Of a stretch of 64,000 nt of DNA, positions 1 to 24,821 are shown piece by piece. Under the pieces are notes generated by a model. That model did not search any database, was not told the DNA's origin, and saw nothing but the letters and a program-made list of their open reading frames with translations. A program made the position numbers and the translations under genes. Positions within the stretch are counted from its first letter, which is position 1. Each line of letters starts with the position of its first letter. The DNA comes from Eledone cirrhosa (lineage: Eukaryota): NCBI GenBank assembly GCA_964016885.1, contig OZ024743.1, forward strand, positions 183,210,001 through 183,274,000, written 5' to 3'.

Positions 1-58
1 ATATATATATACATACATATATATATATATACATACATATATATATACATACATACAT

Positions 59-124
<66 letters not shown>

Positions 125-177
125 CATATATATATATACATACATATATATATATACATACATATATATATATATAC

Positions 178-211
<34 letters not shown>

Positions 212-558
212 ACATACATATATATATATACATACATATATATATATACATACATATATATATATACATACATATATATATATACATACATATATATATA
301 TACATACATATATATATATACATACATATATATATATACATACATATATATATATATACATACATATATATATATATACATATATATATATACATACATA
401 CATATATATATACATACATATATATATACATACATATATATATATATACATATATATATATACATACATACATATATACATACATATATATATATATACA
501 TACATATATATATATATATACATACATATATATATATATACATACATATATATATATA

Positions 559-598
<40 letters not shown>

Positions 599-599
599 T
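1..599. repeat. (TA)n/(TACA)n compound microsatellite
   Basis: Pure alternating TA/CA runs seen directly. Confidence 0.98.
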
Positions 600-738
600 C
601 TAAGGCGGGTAAAATTCCCGAGATCCATGGACGAGTTCTCTCCAGCGGTCTGTCCCTCATTATCGCTGCCATATCCTGCATCTCCAACTGAGGGCATCAA
701 CATGGACACACTAGAAGAGGAAGACCAAGGTTAACATA
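600..738 (-). mobile_element. Tiny LINE 3' end with inverted 5' piece
   Basis: Minus strand 697->600 reads [13 protein letters not shown], then after a frameshift [14 protein letters not shown]. Plus strand 698-738 reads [14 protein letters not shown], an RTE-like C-terminal GRP motif. Confidence 0.55.
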
Positions 739-772
<34 letters not shown>

Positions 773-1249
773 CATATACATACATACATATATATATACA
801 TATGTACATACATATATATATATATACATATGTACATACATATATATATATATACATATGTACATATATATATATATACACATATGTACATATATATATA
901 TATACACATATGTACATACATATATATATACACATATGTACATACATATATATATACACATATGTACATATATATATACATACATATGTACATATATATA
1001 TACATACATACATATATATATATATACATACATACATACATATATATATACATACATACATATATATATATATACATACATACATACATATATATATATA
1101 TACATACATATATATATATACATACATATGTACATACATACATATATATATATACATACATATGTACATACATACATATGCACATACATATATATATACA
1201 TACATACATATATATATATACATACATATGTACATACATATATATATAC

Positions 1250-1320
<71 letters not shown>

Positions 1321-1738
1321 CATATATATATATATACATATATATATATACATATATATATATACATATATATATATACATATATATATATACATATATA
1401 TATATACATATATATATATACATATATATATATACATATATATATACATATATACATACATACATACATATATATATATATACATACATACATACATATA
1501 CATATATATATACATACATACATACATACACATATACATATATACATACATACATACATATACATATATATATATACATACATACATACATATACATATA
1601 TATATACATATATACATACATACATACATATACATATACATATATACATACCTACATACATATACATATACATATATACATACCTACATACATATATATA
1701 CATACATACATATACATACATACATACATATACATACA

Positions 1739-1774
<36 letters not shown>

Positions 1775-2134
1775 TATATACATACATATATATATATATA
1801 CATACATATATATATATATACATACATATATATATATATACATACATATATATATATATACATACATATATATATATACATACATATATATATATATACA
1901 TACATATATATATATATACATACATACATATATATATATATACATACATACATATATATATATATACATATATATATACATACATACATATATATATATA
2001 TACATATATATATACATACATACATATATATATATATACATATATATATACATACATACATATATATATATATACATACATACATACATATATATATACA
2101 TACATACATATATATACATACATACATACACATA

Positions 2135-2170
<36 letters not shown>

Positions 2171-4462
2171 CATACATACATATATATATACATATATATA
2201 TACATATATATATATATACATACATATATATACACATACATATATATACACATACATATATATACACATACATATATATACACATACATATATATACACA
2301 TACATATATATACACATACATATATATACACATACATATATATACACATACATATATATACACATACATATATATACACATACATATATATACACATACA
2401 TATATATACACATACATATACATACACATACATATACATACACATACATATACATACACATACATATACATATATATACACATACATATACATATATATA
2501 CACATACATATACATATATATACACATACATATACATATATATACACATACATATACATATATATACACATACATATACATATATATACACATACATATA
2601 CATATATATACACATACATATACATATATATACACATACATATACATATATATACACATACATATACATATATATACACATACATATACATATATATACA
2701 CATACATATACATATATATACACATACATATATATATACACATACATATATATATATACACATACATATATATATATACACATACATATATATATATACA
2801 CACATACATATACACATACATATATATATATACACATACATATATATATATATACACATACATATATATATATACACACATACATATACACATACATATA
2901 TATATATACACATACATATATATATATACACATACATATATATATATACACATACATATATATATACACATACATATATACATATACATATATATACACA
3001 TACATATACATATATATATACACATACATATACATATATATATACACATACATATATATATATACACATACATATACATATATATACACATACATATACA
3101 TATATATACACATACATATATATATATACACATACATATATATATATACACACATACATATATATATACACATACATATACACATACATATATATATATA
3201 CACATACATATATATATATACACATACATATATATATATACACATACATATATATATACACATACATATATATATACACATACATACATACATATACATA
3301 TATATATACACATACATATATACACATACATACATATACATATATATATACACATACATATATACACATACATACATATACATATATATACATATATATA
3401 TATACACACATATATATATATACACACATATATATACATATATATATATACACACATATATATACATATATATATATACACACATATATATACATATATA
3501 TATATACACACATATATATACATATATATATATACACACATATATATACATATATATATATACACACATATATATACATATATATATATATACACACATA
3601 AATACATATATATATATACACACATATATATACATATATATATATATACACACATATATATACATATATATATATACACACATATATATACATATATATA
3701 TATATACACACATATATACATATATATATATATACACACATATATATACATATATATATATATACACACATATATATACATATATATATATACACATATA
3801 TATACATATATATATATATACACATACATATATACATACATATATATATACACATACATATATACATACATACATACATATACATATATATATATATATA
3901 TATATACACAGACATATATACATACATACATACATATACATATATATATATATACACAGACATATATATATATATACAGACATATATATATATATACAGA
4001 CATATACATACATACATATACATATATATATATATACACAGACATATATACATACATACATACATATGCATATATATATATATACACAGACATATATACA
4101 TACATACATATGCATATATATATATATACACAGACATATATACATATATACATATATATATACACATACATATATATACACATACATATATATATATACA
4201 CATACATATATATATATACACATACATATATACATATACACATACATATATACATATATACACATACATATATCTATATACACATATCTATATACACATA
4301 CATATATACACATACATATATCTATATACACATACATATACATATATATCTATATACACATACATATACATATATATATATACACATACATATACATATA
4401 TATATATACACATACATATACATATATATATATACACATACATATATATATATATATACATA
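739..4462. repeat. (TA)n/(CA)n/(TACA)n compound microsatellite
   Basis: Alternating RY sequence with locally drifting motifs (TACA, TACACA, CAGACA variants near 3900-4140). Confidence 0.98.
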
Positions 4463-4826
4463 TGGTGGCTGCCAACTCGTTTTCGAGTACGGCCACTACT
4501 TTATATCCATGTAGGAGAACCCCTACCGATGCGCTGAACAAGTGTGACTTTTTAGTCCAGCCAGCGACTTGAAAACTCTGGTACAAAGACTACACTTGTG
4601 ACCATTATTGACACATAGTGCAGGGCCCATGGCACCATGTGACGACAAGTGCAGAGAGATCTCCAGATATAAAGCAATGCCTGTGCTGTGAAGCTTTTAT
4701 AGTGAGCAAAGGCACTGCACAAAGCCAGTCCCACTCTCTTAACCAAGATGATATTTACCAAAAAGAAGAACAAGTCAACATCATTGGAGACCATCAGGGT
4801 TGCAGGTGTTATATCAGAGTTTTCCT
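4463..4826 (-). mobile_element. Probable RTE/BovB-like LINE 3' fragment with C-terminal C2H2 finger
   Basis: Minus strand reads [25 protein letters not shown], followed by a short 3' UTR running into (TA)n. Confidence 0.45.
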
Positions 4827-6081
4827 ACACATACACATACATATATATATACACATATATATATACACATACATATACACATATATATACATATACACAT
4901 ACATACACATATATATATACACATACATATACACATATATATACATATACACATACATACACATACATATACATATACACATACACATATATATACACAT
5001 ACACATATATATACACGTACATATACATATATATACATATACATACATATACATATATATACATACACATATACATATATACATATACATATATAAAAAT
5101 ACATATACATATATACACATACATATACATATATACACATACATATACATATATACACATACATATACATATATACACATATATATATATACACATATAT
5201 ATATATACACATATATATATATACACATATATATATATACACATATATATATATACACATATATATATATACACATATATATATATACACATACATATAT
5301 ATATATACACATACATATATATATATACACATACATATATATATATACACATACATATATATATATACACATACATATATATATATACACATACATATAT
5401 ATATATACACATACATATATATATATACACATACACATATATATATACACATACACATATATATATATACACACATACATATATATATATATACACATAC
5501 ATATATATATATATACACATACATATATATATATATACACATACATATATATATATATACACATACATATATATATATACACATACATATATATATATAC
5601 ACATACATATATATATATACACATACATATATATATATACACATACATATATATATATACACATACATATATATATATACACATACATATATATATATAC
5701 ACATACATATATATATATACACATACATATATATATATATATACATACATATATATATATACACATACATATATATATATACACATACATATATATATAT
5801 ACACATACATATATATATATACACATACATATATATATATATATACACACATATATATATATACACATACATATATATATATACACATACATATATATAT
5901 ACACATACATATATATATACACATACATATATATATACACATACATATATATATACACATACATATATATATACACATACATATATATATACACATACAT
6001 ATATATATATATATATATACACATACATATATATATATACAGATACATATATATATATATACACATACATATATACACATG

Positions 6082-6133
<52 letters not shown>
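4827..6133. repeat. (TA)n/(CA)n compound microsatellite
   Basis: Seen directly. Confidence 0.98.
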
Positions 6134-6135
<2 letters not shown>

Positions 6136-6774
6136 ACGAACTAAGGAAAAAATTAGAGATAAGAGGGATCAGATGTTGTTTACTCGAGAGAAGGCTGCGT
6201 TGGTATGGACACGTGATGCGCATGAAAGTCGATAGCTGTATTACAAAGTGCAGGGCAATAAAGATAGACGGTAGCCACGGAATAGGCAGACCTAGAAAAA
6301 CATGGGATGAGCTGATAAACTCCGACCTCACACACTTACACCTCTCCAAGACAATGTCACTGGACCGTGACCTTTGGCGGTACTCAGTAACAGAGAAGAC
6401 CCGCCTTGCCAGTAGGCATCTCTAACAAACTACACCCCGTCCCGCCACCACCCCCACCCCATCCACACCACCCCGTTCTATGTAAAGTTATGTTGGTGCC
6501 GCGCCATCCAGGCCGAAACAAATGAGATCGTGTAGGTGTCACGACAAAAAAACACACAGTCCACGCTGTAATGTGGCCGTGTAGGCAACACGGTAAAAAC
6601 CTCCCAGACCCACACTGTAAATGTGGTTGGTGTTAGGAAGGGCATCCAACTGTAGAAAACCTGCCAGACAGTCCTATGCGAGCAAGACAATCACTCTTGC
6701 CTCAAGTGGGACTACCCCGTCCAAACCCATGCAAGCGTGGAACACGGACGTTAAACGTTGATGATGATGATGAT
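6134..6774 (+). mobile_element. 5'-truncated RTE LINE (subfamily A), ORF C-terminus plus 3' UTR plus (GAT)n tail
   Basis: Near-identical to 57467-58113. Encodes [11 protein letters not shown]...GRPRKTW and ends acgttaaacgttgatgatgat. Confidence 0.95.
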
Positions 6775-16101
<9,327 letters not shown>

Positions 16102-19024
16102 ATCGCAGGAGATTTTAACGGACACGTAGGTAAACACTGCAACGGCTTCAATAGAGTACATGGAGGCCATGGGGTTGGCACAAGGAATGAGGAAGGATTC
16201 AGACTTCTAGAATTCTGCGACGCCAATGACATGTCGATATGTAACACAAACTTTAAAAAACCCGACAACCACCTGATCACCTATAGATCAGCGGAGCACT
16301 CTAGTCAGATAGATTTTATCCTCATCAGAGGACGTGACAGATGGACGGTCGTAAACACAAAAGCCTTCCCTAGTGAGGAATGTACATCCCAACATAGCTT
16401 AGTTGTCAGCGACCTCACGGTCAGAACTAGACGAGCCCTGAAACAGAGGCCAACCTGGAGAAGAAAGATCTGGAAGCTGAAAGTCCCCTCAACCAGTAAC
16501 AGATTTAAAGATATTTTACTCAACGCCTACGACAGTAAAGAAGAACAGATAGAGACATTCAATGTAGAAGAGAACTGGGAGTTCCTAAAAAATAATTTAC
16601 TAGAGGCAACGGACGAGGTCTGTGGCTGGAGTAAGACCTGAAGCAGGAGGACAGTGACTTGGTGGTGGAACAATAAGGTAGATTAGGCAGTTAAGGCCAA
16701 GAGACAGGCATGGAAAGAATGGAAGAACCGGGGGAGCAGGGTACATTACATAGAGACCAAGAGGGAAGCTAGGCGACAAGTATACTTAGCTAGGAGGGAA
16801 GCAGAGGATAGAAAATTCAAGCATGTTTTACAACATGAGGACCAGAAACAGGAGGTATTCAAGATTGCGAGGCAGTGTGTCAGAGATAGTTGTGATGTCA
16901 TTGGAGAGAAGTGTATCCGGAATGATAAAGGTGAGCTTGCCCTCACAAGTGCTGAGAAGAAAGATGCATGGAAGAGTCATTATAATAGATTACTAAATGA
17001 GGAGAATGCATGGGAAGAAGAGACCCTACCCCAAGTAGACCCTATAGAGGGACCAGCAGTACAAGTCAGCGGCAGCGTAGTAAGTAAGGCAATCAGAGAT
17101 ATGAAGATGGGGAAGGCAACCGGTCCATCGGGTATAGCTGCCGAGATGCTGAAGGCATCTGGGTATGTAGGTCACACTATAACCACACGTATCGTTAACC
17201 AGGTAATACTAGAAGAGGCCATACTAAAAGATTGGTGCAGTAGCATCATTGTCAACTGCTACAAAGGCAAAGGTGATGCACTAGATAGAGGAAACTATAG
17301 AGGTATAAAGTTGATGGACCAGGTCATGAAAGTAACAGAAAGAGTTATAGCACAGCTGATTAGGGACCGGGTGAATATAGACGAGATGCAATTTGGGTTT
17401 GTACCAGGAAGAGGCACCACTGATGCCCTCTTCCTTGTGAGGCAATTACAGGAAAAGTACCTAGCTAAAAGTAAGCCACTCTACTTGGCATTTGTCGACC
17501 TTGAGAAAGCCTTTGACAGAGTTCCACGTGCTGTAATCAGGTGGGCTCTTAGAAAACTAGGAGTAGATGAATGGCTTGTGAAAGCGGTACAAGCCATGTA
17601 TAGGGGAGCAGTCAGCAAAGTTAGGATTAGCAATGAGTATAGCGAGGAATTTAGCGTACAGGTTGGAGTCCACCAGGGCTCTGTTCTTAGCCCTCTCCTG
17701 TTCATCATAGTCCTGCAGGCAATAACGGAGGAATTTAAGACCGGATGCCCATGGGAACTCCTGTATGCTGATGACCTCGCACTCATAGCTGAATCTATGA
17801 TAGAACTAGAGAATAAATTCCAAACCTGGAAGCAGGGACTAGAGAGAAAGGGTCTCAAAGTCAACATGACAAAGACTAAGGTCCTTGTAAGTAGACGAGA
17901 AAACAGAACCCAGATCCCCTCAGAGAAATGGCCTTGCTCAGTATGTAGGAAAGGTGTAGGTAGGAACTCCATTCTCTGCCCCAAATGCAAACAATGGGTA
18001 CACAAGAGATGTAGCGGGATCTCAGGAAGCTTAATTAAGAATGTAGGATTCACATGCAGCAGCTGTGCTGAAGCAGCAAACAGCCACAGGAAACAAGTAC
18101 CACCAATCTCTGGGAGGGCCCTGTAGAAACAGTAGACAGCTTCTGCTACCTAGGTGACCGAATTAGCAATGGAGGTGGGTGTTCAGAAAGTACAATAACA
18201 AGGGTAAGAACGGGATGGAAGAAGTTTAGGGAACTACTACCACTGCTAGCTGCAAAAGGCTTCTCCCTCAGAATGAAAGGCAGACTGTATGATGCGTGTA
18301 TCCGAACAGCGATGTTGCATGGTAGTGAGACCTGGGCGCTGAAGGTGGAAGACTTACGTAGATTAGAGAGAAACGAAGCCTGCATGCTCCGATGGATGTG
18401 TAACAGTAATATATGTGAACGACAAAGCATAAATGAATTGAGAGAGAGACTGAGCATAAGAGGAATCAAATGCTGTGTGCAGGAGAGGCGGTTGCGCTGG
18501 TATGGACATGTGATGCGTATGAAGGATGACAGCTGCATAAAAAGGTGCAGAGCACTAGAAGTTGATGGAAACCGCGGAGTGGGGAGACCCAAGATGACCT
18601 GGGATGAGGTGATAAAAGCCGACCTTACCCAATTACACCTCTCAAAGACAATGACACACGACCGTGACTTCTGGCGTCACGCAGTAATACAGAGTACCCG
18701 ACCTCCCATGGGTACATGCTGAAGCATATAAACAATATGCCCCCACACACCCCACCGCAAGGTGGTCGTGGAGGTGCCACGGCAAAAAAGCACCCAGCCC
18801 ACACTGTAAAGTGGACGTGTAGGCGCCACGAAAAAGCACCCAGCACTCACTGTAAATGAGGTTGGTGTTAGGAAGGGCATCCAGCTGTAGAAATCAAGCC
18901 AGATCAGTTCCTGTATGAGCAAGGCATGGTCAGCTGACCAGACACTGCACACAACAGGACAACCCGTCTAACCCATGCTAGCGTGGAAGAACGGACGTAA
19001 AACGGTGATGATGATGATGATGAT
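16102..19024 (+). mobile_element. 5'-truncated, disrupted RTE LINE (subfamily B)
   Basis: Starts inside the APE domain ([10 protein letters not shown]...SQIDFIL). RT motifs [29 protein letters not shown]. Stops at ~16641 and ~16686, frameshift near 18080, (GAT)n tail. Confidence 0.95.
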
Positions 19025-19242
19025 ACATACATATATATATATATACACATACATATACACATACATATATATACACATATATATATATATACACATATAT
19101 ATATATATATATATATACACATACATATATATACACATACATATTTATACACATACATATACATATATATACACATACATATACATATATATACACATAC
19201 ATATACATATATATACACATACATATACATATATATATACAC

Positions 19243-19425
19243 ACTAGCATGGGTTAGACAGGTTGTCCTATTGTGGGAAATGCCAGGTCAGGTGACCATG
19301 TCTTGTTCATACGGTAACTGATTTTATCTTGATTTCTACAGCTGGATGCCCTTCCTAACACCAACTTCATTTACAGTGATTACTGGATGCTTTTTCTTTT
19401 ACCATGGCCCCTAAACGAGCCCTTT
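19243..19425 (-). mobile_element. RTE 3' UTR fragment leading into a minisatellite
   Basis: Reverse complement of the ...ttaggaagggcatccagctgtagaaa...aacccatgctag UTR. Confidence 0.85.
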
Positions 19426-20267
19426 ACAGTGTGGGCCGAGTGCTTTTTTGTTCTGACACCTCTACGACCACTGTACAGTGTGGACTGGGTGCTTTTTTGT
19501 CGTGACACCTCTACGACCACTGTACAGTGTGGACTGGGTGCTTTTTTGTTGTGACACCTCTACGACCACTGTACAGTGTGGACTGGGTGCTTTTTTGTCG
19601 TGACACCTCTACGACCACTGTACAGTGTGGACTGGGTGCTTTTTTGTCGTGACACCTCTACGACCACTGTACAGTGTGGACTGGGTGCTTTTTTGTCGTG
19701 ACACCTCTACGACCACTGTACAGTGTGGACTGGGTGCTTTTTTGTCGTGACACCTCTACGACCACTGTACAGTGTGGACTGGGTGCTTTTTTTTGTCGTG
19801 ACACCTCTACGACCACTGTACAGTGTGGACTGGGTGCTTTTTTTTGTCGTGACACCTCTACGACCACTGTACAGTGTGGACTGGGTGCTTTTTTGTTCTG
19901 GCACCTCTACGACCACTGTACAGTGTGGACTGGGTGCTTTTTTGTCGTGACACCTCTACAACCACTGTACAGTGTGGACTGGGTGCTTTTTTGTTCTGGC
20001 ACCTCTACGACCACTGTACAGTGTGGACTGGGTGCTTTTTTGTCGTGACACCTCTACAACCACTGTACAGTGTGGACTGAGTGCTTTTTTGTTCTGACAC
20101 CTCTACGACCACTGTACAGTGTGGACTGGGTGCTTTTTTGTTGTGACACCTCCACGACCACTGTACAGTGTGGACTGGGTGCTTTTTTGTCATGACACCT
20201 CTACAATCACTGTACAGTGTGAACTGGGTGCTTTTTTGTTGTGACACCTCTACTACCACTGTACAGG
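19422..20267. repeat. 49-bp minisatellite, ~17 copies
   Basis: Unit ctgtacagtgtggactgggtgcttttttgtcgtgacacctctacgacca. Period checked at 19471 and 19520. Confidence 0.95.
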
Positions 20268-20356
20268 GGAGGGTGGTATGTAATTAAATATGTATATGAT
20301 GCAACACTGATTCTTTGTTCCCTTATATATTAATACATAATAATATATATATATAC

Positions 20357-20714
20357 CTCTGGCGTCACGCAGTAATACAGAAGACTCGACTTCCCACAGG
20401 TACAAACCGAAGCTGAAGCATATAGACAATATGCCCCCACACCCTCCCACTGCAAAGTGGTTGTGGAGGTGCCACGTCAAAAAACCACCCAGCCCACACT
20501 GTAAAGGGGTCGTGTAGGTGCCACGGAAAAAAAAGCACCCAGCACTCACTGTAAATGAGGTTGGTGTTAGGAAGGGCATCCAGCTGTAGAAATCAAACGA
20601 GAATCAGTTCCCGTATGAGCAAGACAAGGTCAGCCAACCTGGTATTGCCCACAACAGGACAACCCGTCTAACTCATGCTAGCGTGGAAGAACGGACGTAA
20701 AACGTTGATGACGA
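20357..20714 (+). mobile_element. RTE 3' end (B-like)
   Basis: Similar to 18670-19020. Ends ggacgtaaaacgttgatgacgat. Confidence 0.9.
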
Positions 20715-20919
20715 TATCTAATATATATATAATATATAAACATATATTATATATATATAACACACACACACATATATATATAAAACACACACAAACACAC
20801 ATATATATATATATAACACACATATAACACACACACATATATATAACACACACACATATATAACACACACACATATATATATATAACACTCACACACATA
20901 CATATGATGAGTTGTAGCT

Positions 20920-20977
20920 TTGATGAGTTGTAGTGCACCTGAGCACTGTACACAATAATTTCATTATTATTATTATA
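20920..20977 (+). mobile_element. CR1 3' tail remnant
   Basis: ttgatgagttgtagtgcacctgagcactgtacacaa...(ATT)n matches the CR1 end at 42081-42139. Confidence 0.75.
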
Positions 20978-21164
20978 TATATAACACACACACACACATA
21001 TATATATAAAACACACACACAAAGTATACACCAGTATACAGACTGGTACCTCATGTTGAAACTTAAACGATGTCTTGTAAACTTTACCACAAACCAAAAC
21101 CAAAATGTACTTTTAATACTGACAAGTGGAACCGTATTGTATAGTAAAACATTATATATTTGCA

Positions 21165-21342
21165 TTGGCAGTATCGGTAGAGGGTCCGACGCCATGCTTT
21201 CCAGCATAGTTACGTCCCTTTACGATCTGAGTTCAAATCCCGCCGAGGTTGACTTTGCCTTTCATACTTACGGGGTCGATAAAATAAAGTATCAGTAATA
21301 CACTGAGTAATTGCTGGCCTTGTGCCTAAAGTAGAAACAATT
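21165..21342 (+). mobile_element. tRNA-derived SINE
   Basis: A-box-like tggcagtatcgg, B box gagttcaaatcc, central gcctttcat..ggggtcgataaaataaagta. Near-identical copy at 42362-42540. Confidence 0.85.
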
Positions 21343-22004
21343 GTATATTATTTTAAATATAACTTTATAGCAAATAGGCTAATTATATAACACCTAGAGT
21401 TTCTATTACGATTCTTAATGTTGCTACTTTTAAGATTTAGCCTCTATGAAGACGGTAAAAGAAGAATGTGGTCGAGGTAGTCGCAACTTTATTGCCTCGT
21501 TTGTCATTGACAATGAAGAATATGTTCGATATTATGTAAAGATGAAAGTGAAATGAAAACATGAGAGAAATTGTTTGAAATACAAAAGAAGAAAACAAAA
21601 GTTGTCAAGGAGTCGTAAATATTTTTATAAAGCACACTTCAATTAAACTTCTCTCCAAGTACATTGTGTGGTACATATATTCACACAGACACACACATGT
21701 AGACATACGCGAACATACACATATACAGACATACGCGGACATATATACACACACAGATGCAAACAGACATACACAAACACAGACCATACAGACACACACA
21801 TACACGCCGGAATACACACAAACACACCAAAGTACACACACGCGGTCACATACACACCAACTTACACACGATCACACACACACCAACATGCATATACACG
21901 ATCACATACACACCTACACACACACATTTCTTCTAAATTAGTTTTCAGATAAAAAACTAAGTTATGATTCCAGTCGCATTTATTAAATCCTTAAAAGAAT
22001 ATAT

Positions 22005-22210
22005 TAACAGTTCTAGGGATATTTTCTGTTAACTACAGTTCTAGGGATACCTTCTGTTAACTAGTTTTGGTGGTACCTTCTGTTAATAACAGTTCGGGGG
22101 GGGGGGGGGCTTCTGTTAACTAGTTTTGAGGGGTACTTTCTGTTAACTACAGTTTTTGGTGGTACTGTCTGTTAACTATAGTTTTTGGTGGTACTGTCTG
22201 TTAACTATAT
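22005..22210. repeat. Degenerate ~21-30 bp tandem repeat (tctgttaacta..gtttt..ggtggtac), ~8 copies
   Basis: Recurrent ctgttaacta core seen directly. Confidence 0.8.
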
Positions 22211-22692
22211 AAATAAAAAAAATAGCAGCAGTGTTTAAGGAGATACAACTGCGAAGGAGAAACAGTAAAGTGAAACCCGGAAGAACAAAGTTCAACAAGT
22301 CAAGTATGATTATGACTAATTCTAGAAAAAGAAATCTCAATAAATGTTTCTATTGACGTTTATTTGGCATTTATTATTAAAATAATAATTGTTTCTACTT
22401 TAGGCACAAGGCCAGCAATTACCCAGTGCATTACTGGTGCTTTATTAAAATAATAATAGTAGTAAATAATGTGTTTTTACTGTAGTTGGCAGTAGTTTAA
22501 ATACAATCGTTACAGATCCACTAGGTACCCACATTGGTAAGGGAATCATAAACAGGTCTTCTTTTATATAATTTATAACCTCAGAAAGAATTATAAATAA
22601 CACAAAATATGCAAAGTTCTCTACGCTAAAAAGTTTCAATTACAAAAATACCCTCCACGCGAGATATGTGTAATAACACAAAAAACTTGAGA

Positions 22693-22850
22693 GTTTCTAT
22701 TGAAAACTAAAGCTGTAGTGTATGTATGTGCGTGTGTATATATATATAGACACACACACGCACAGACCGAAACACAAATTAATTGATCTAAACTAATTGG
22801 TATCGATTATAGTACATACATACACTACAGCTTTAGTTTTCAATAGAAAC
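22693..22850. repeat. Inverted repeat, ~37-bp arms
   Basis: gtttctattgaaaactaaagctgtagtgtatgtatgt ... acatacatacactacagctttagttttcaatagaaac. Confidence 0.85.
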
Positions 22851-23394
22851 ATATATATTATGGAATACGGCTGGCTTCTTGCTACAATAATTTCTATACT
22901 TTTCATTGAGAGAGAGAGAGAGAGAGAGATAATCCGGAACTAGCTGTTGAAACGGGCTCAGACGTCGGGTCCCGACTCTTTAAAATATGTGTGTGTGTAG
23001 ATATCGAGTTAAATCGGGCGTAACCACAGTTAATAAGTTACTCAATACATTAGTAGAGTGTAAACATCATTATTCAAAATAGAAATGGTATCTACAAGAC
23101 TAAAACGGTTTCATTCGTATAAAATCATCATTAATATATTATATTTGATTTTGGTGGGTGAGTGTACTGTTTAGGTAACGTTTGATACTGTTGTTGTATT
23201 TTATTATTTGCATTTTATGGATTCTAGTCTATCTCAGAAAAGGTCAACGTCAATGCGATAGGAAAAACTTCAATTTGATGATAGTTGTCAGAGCAACAAT
23301 GGAACATCGTCTGCGAGGAATCGTTGCTTATGAAAACTGGAATTAGTGATAATTAACGCAGCTTAACACTTCCTTTAGTATTATTACTATTGTG

Positions 23395-23580
23395 TTTGAC
23401 AACGTGCTTTGCGGCATATAGTTACGACCCTGTACGTCCTGAGTTCAAACTCCGCCGAGGTTAGCTTTGCCTTTCATTCTTACGGGGTCGATAGAATAAA
23501 GTACCAGTAATGCACTGGAGTCGAATTAATCGACTATCCCCTCCATCAAAATTGGTTTTGTGCTTATAGTAGAAACCATT
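23395..23580 (+). mobile_element. tRNA-derived SINE (same family as 21165)
   Basis: gagttcaaactccgccgagg...gcctttcattcttacggggtcgata...gtagaaacc. Confidence 0.8.
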
Positions 23581-24192
23581 ATTACTGTTGTTATTACAAT
23601 AAGAATCATATGTAGAAATAAGAACTTCACTCTTTTTAATTACTATCAGACATTGTCTTTTATGGAATATGAATTTACAAGTGCACGACAGAAGTACCAT
23701 TCTCTTGGAGCTAAATTACACCACATTGGTATTGAATCTTTGTTTTTGTCGTTTCCTTGAACTAATATATATATATATATATATATATATAGTCATATTT
23801 TTATGGGAATAAAACTATAGGTGAGGAAAGGGCCAAAAAAACCTGAAACGATGTGTGTAATTAAGGAACCCATATATATATATATATATACATACATACA
23901 TACATACACCCACTTAAGACCATTATTAATTATTAAAATAAAGTACCAGTAATACACTGGGTAATTGCTGGCCTTGTGCCTAAAGTAGAAACAATTATTA
24001 ATTATTAATATAACAAACAGTACAATAGAAAAGGCGGAAGAGAAATGTTATGGTAATTTGGTTAACTTTGAGTTCAGTTGTAAAATAGTTTTTGTTTTTG
24101 TTTTTAAGTACAAGAGAGAGAGAAAGAAAGCGAGAGAGTGGGGGGGCGATACCAGGTAAGTAAATGAGGAAAAAAAATATTTTTGACATTAC

Positions 24193-24280
24193 CTTGATTA
24201 ATGAAAAGCCCCATGTAAGCTATAAAAATGACAAAACTACATTTCGTAGGAAAAAGCTCTGTAGAGCAAAGGGATTCCAT
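24193..24280 (-). CDS. senju: First coding exon of a probable senju-like UDP-galactose/nucleotide-sugar transporter (SLC35A family)
   Basis: ATG at 24280 reads MESLCSTELFPTKCSFVIFIAYMGLFINQ-G, then a phase-1 donor CAAG|gtaat. This resembles my recollection of the Drosophila senju N-terminus (ELFPTKLTFVIFLLYMSLFIGQG). No database check was possible and exon 2 was not found in the window. Confidence 0.72.
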
Positions 24281-24299
24281 CTGTGGCCTAACGACTGAA

Positions 24300-24452
24300 G
24301 CTAATGAGTAGTTGACAGTAAGGAGACTTTAGACTTGATTGGCCGCAAGTGCGAGAGAGCGGCCTATTATAAGGCGAGCCAACATATTAATACAGCGTGG
24401 AGTGGAAATTAGTATTGTTTTGTAGTACACCGGCTGGCGACTGACTAGAACC
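24300..24452. promoter_or_regulatory. Probable bidirectional promoter
   Basis: Locally GC/CpG-richer non-repetitive patch with gattgg (CCAAT on the minus strand, ~24337) and tattataa (~24365). It lies just upstream of the minus-strand ATG and of a plus-strand accATG|gtaaaa at 24453. Confidence 0.5.
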
Positions 24453-24757
24453 ATGGTAAAAAGGTGTTTTACTAAAAACAACTGTATAGACAAGCCAAAA
24501 GAAGTTGTATATAAACATTTAAAACAGAATATTTGATAGTATAATAATTTATGTTTCTAATAGTTGTAACATTAGAATGAATTCTCTCATGGTTTCGTTT
24601 ATCTTTTTACTTCTAAGAAACGGTACTATGCGAAAGAATTCGCCATTGAAAAACATATCCATTTCACAGCACCTACTATTAACACATATACACACATTTT
24701 AGTTTATAAGCATAAATGAGAGAAATAGAACTAAATTCATAAAATACGGAGAGTGAA

Positions 24758-24810
<53 letters not shown>

Positions 24811-24821
24811 GATATTAAGCA

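Noticed and set aside
19422-20267. CRISPR-like array
   Set aside because: No spacers, and the unit derives from a LINE 3' UTR.
21165-21260. tRNA genes at SINE heads (also 42362, 51675, 53060)
   Set aside because: Only A/B boxes are present, with no full cloverleaf, and they are embedded in repeat bodies.
22170-22320. Candidate senju exon 2 after a ttctag acceptor (minus strand)
   Set aside because: The frame is open but shows no similarity to the expected GI.VTAS...YNTVTVVL continuation.
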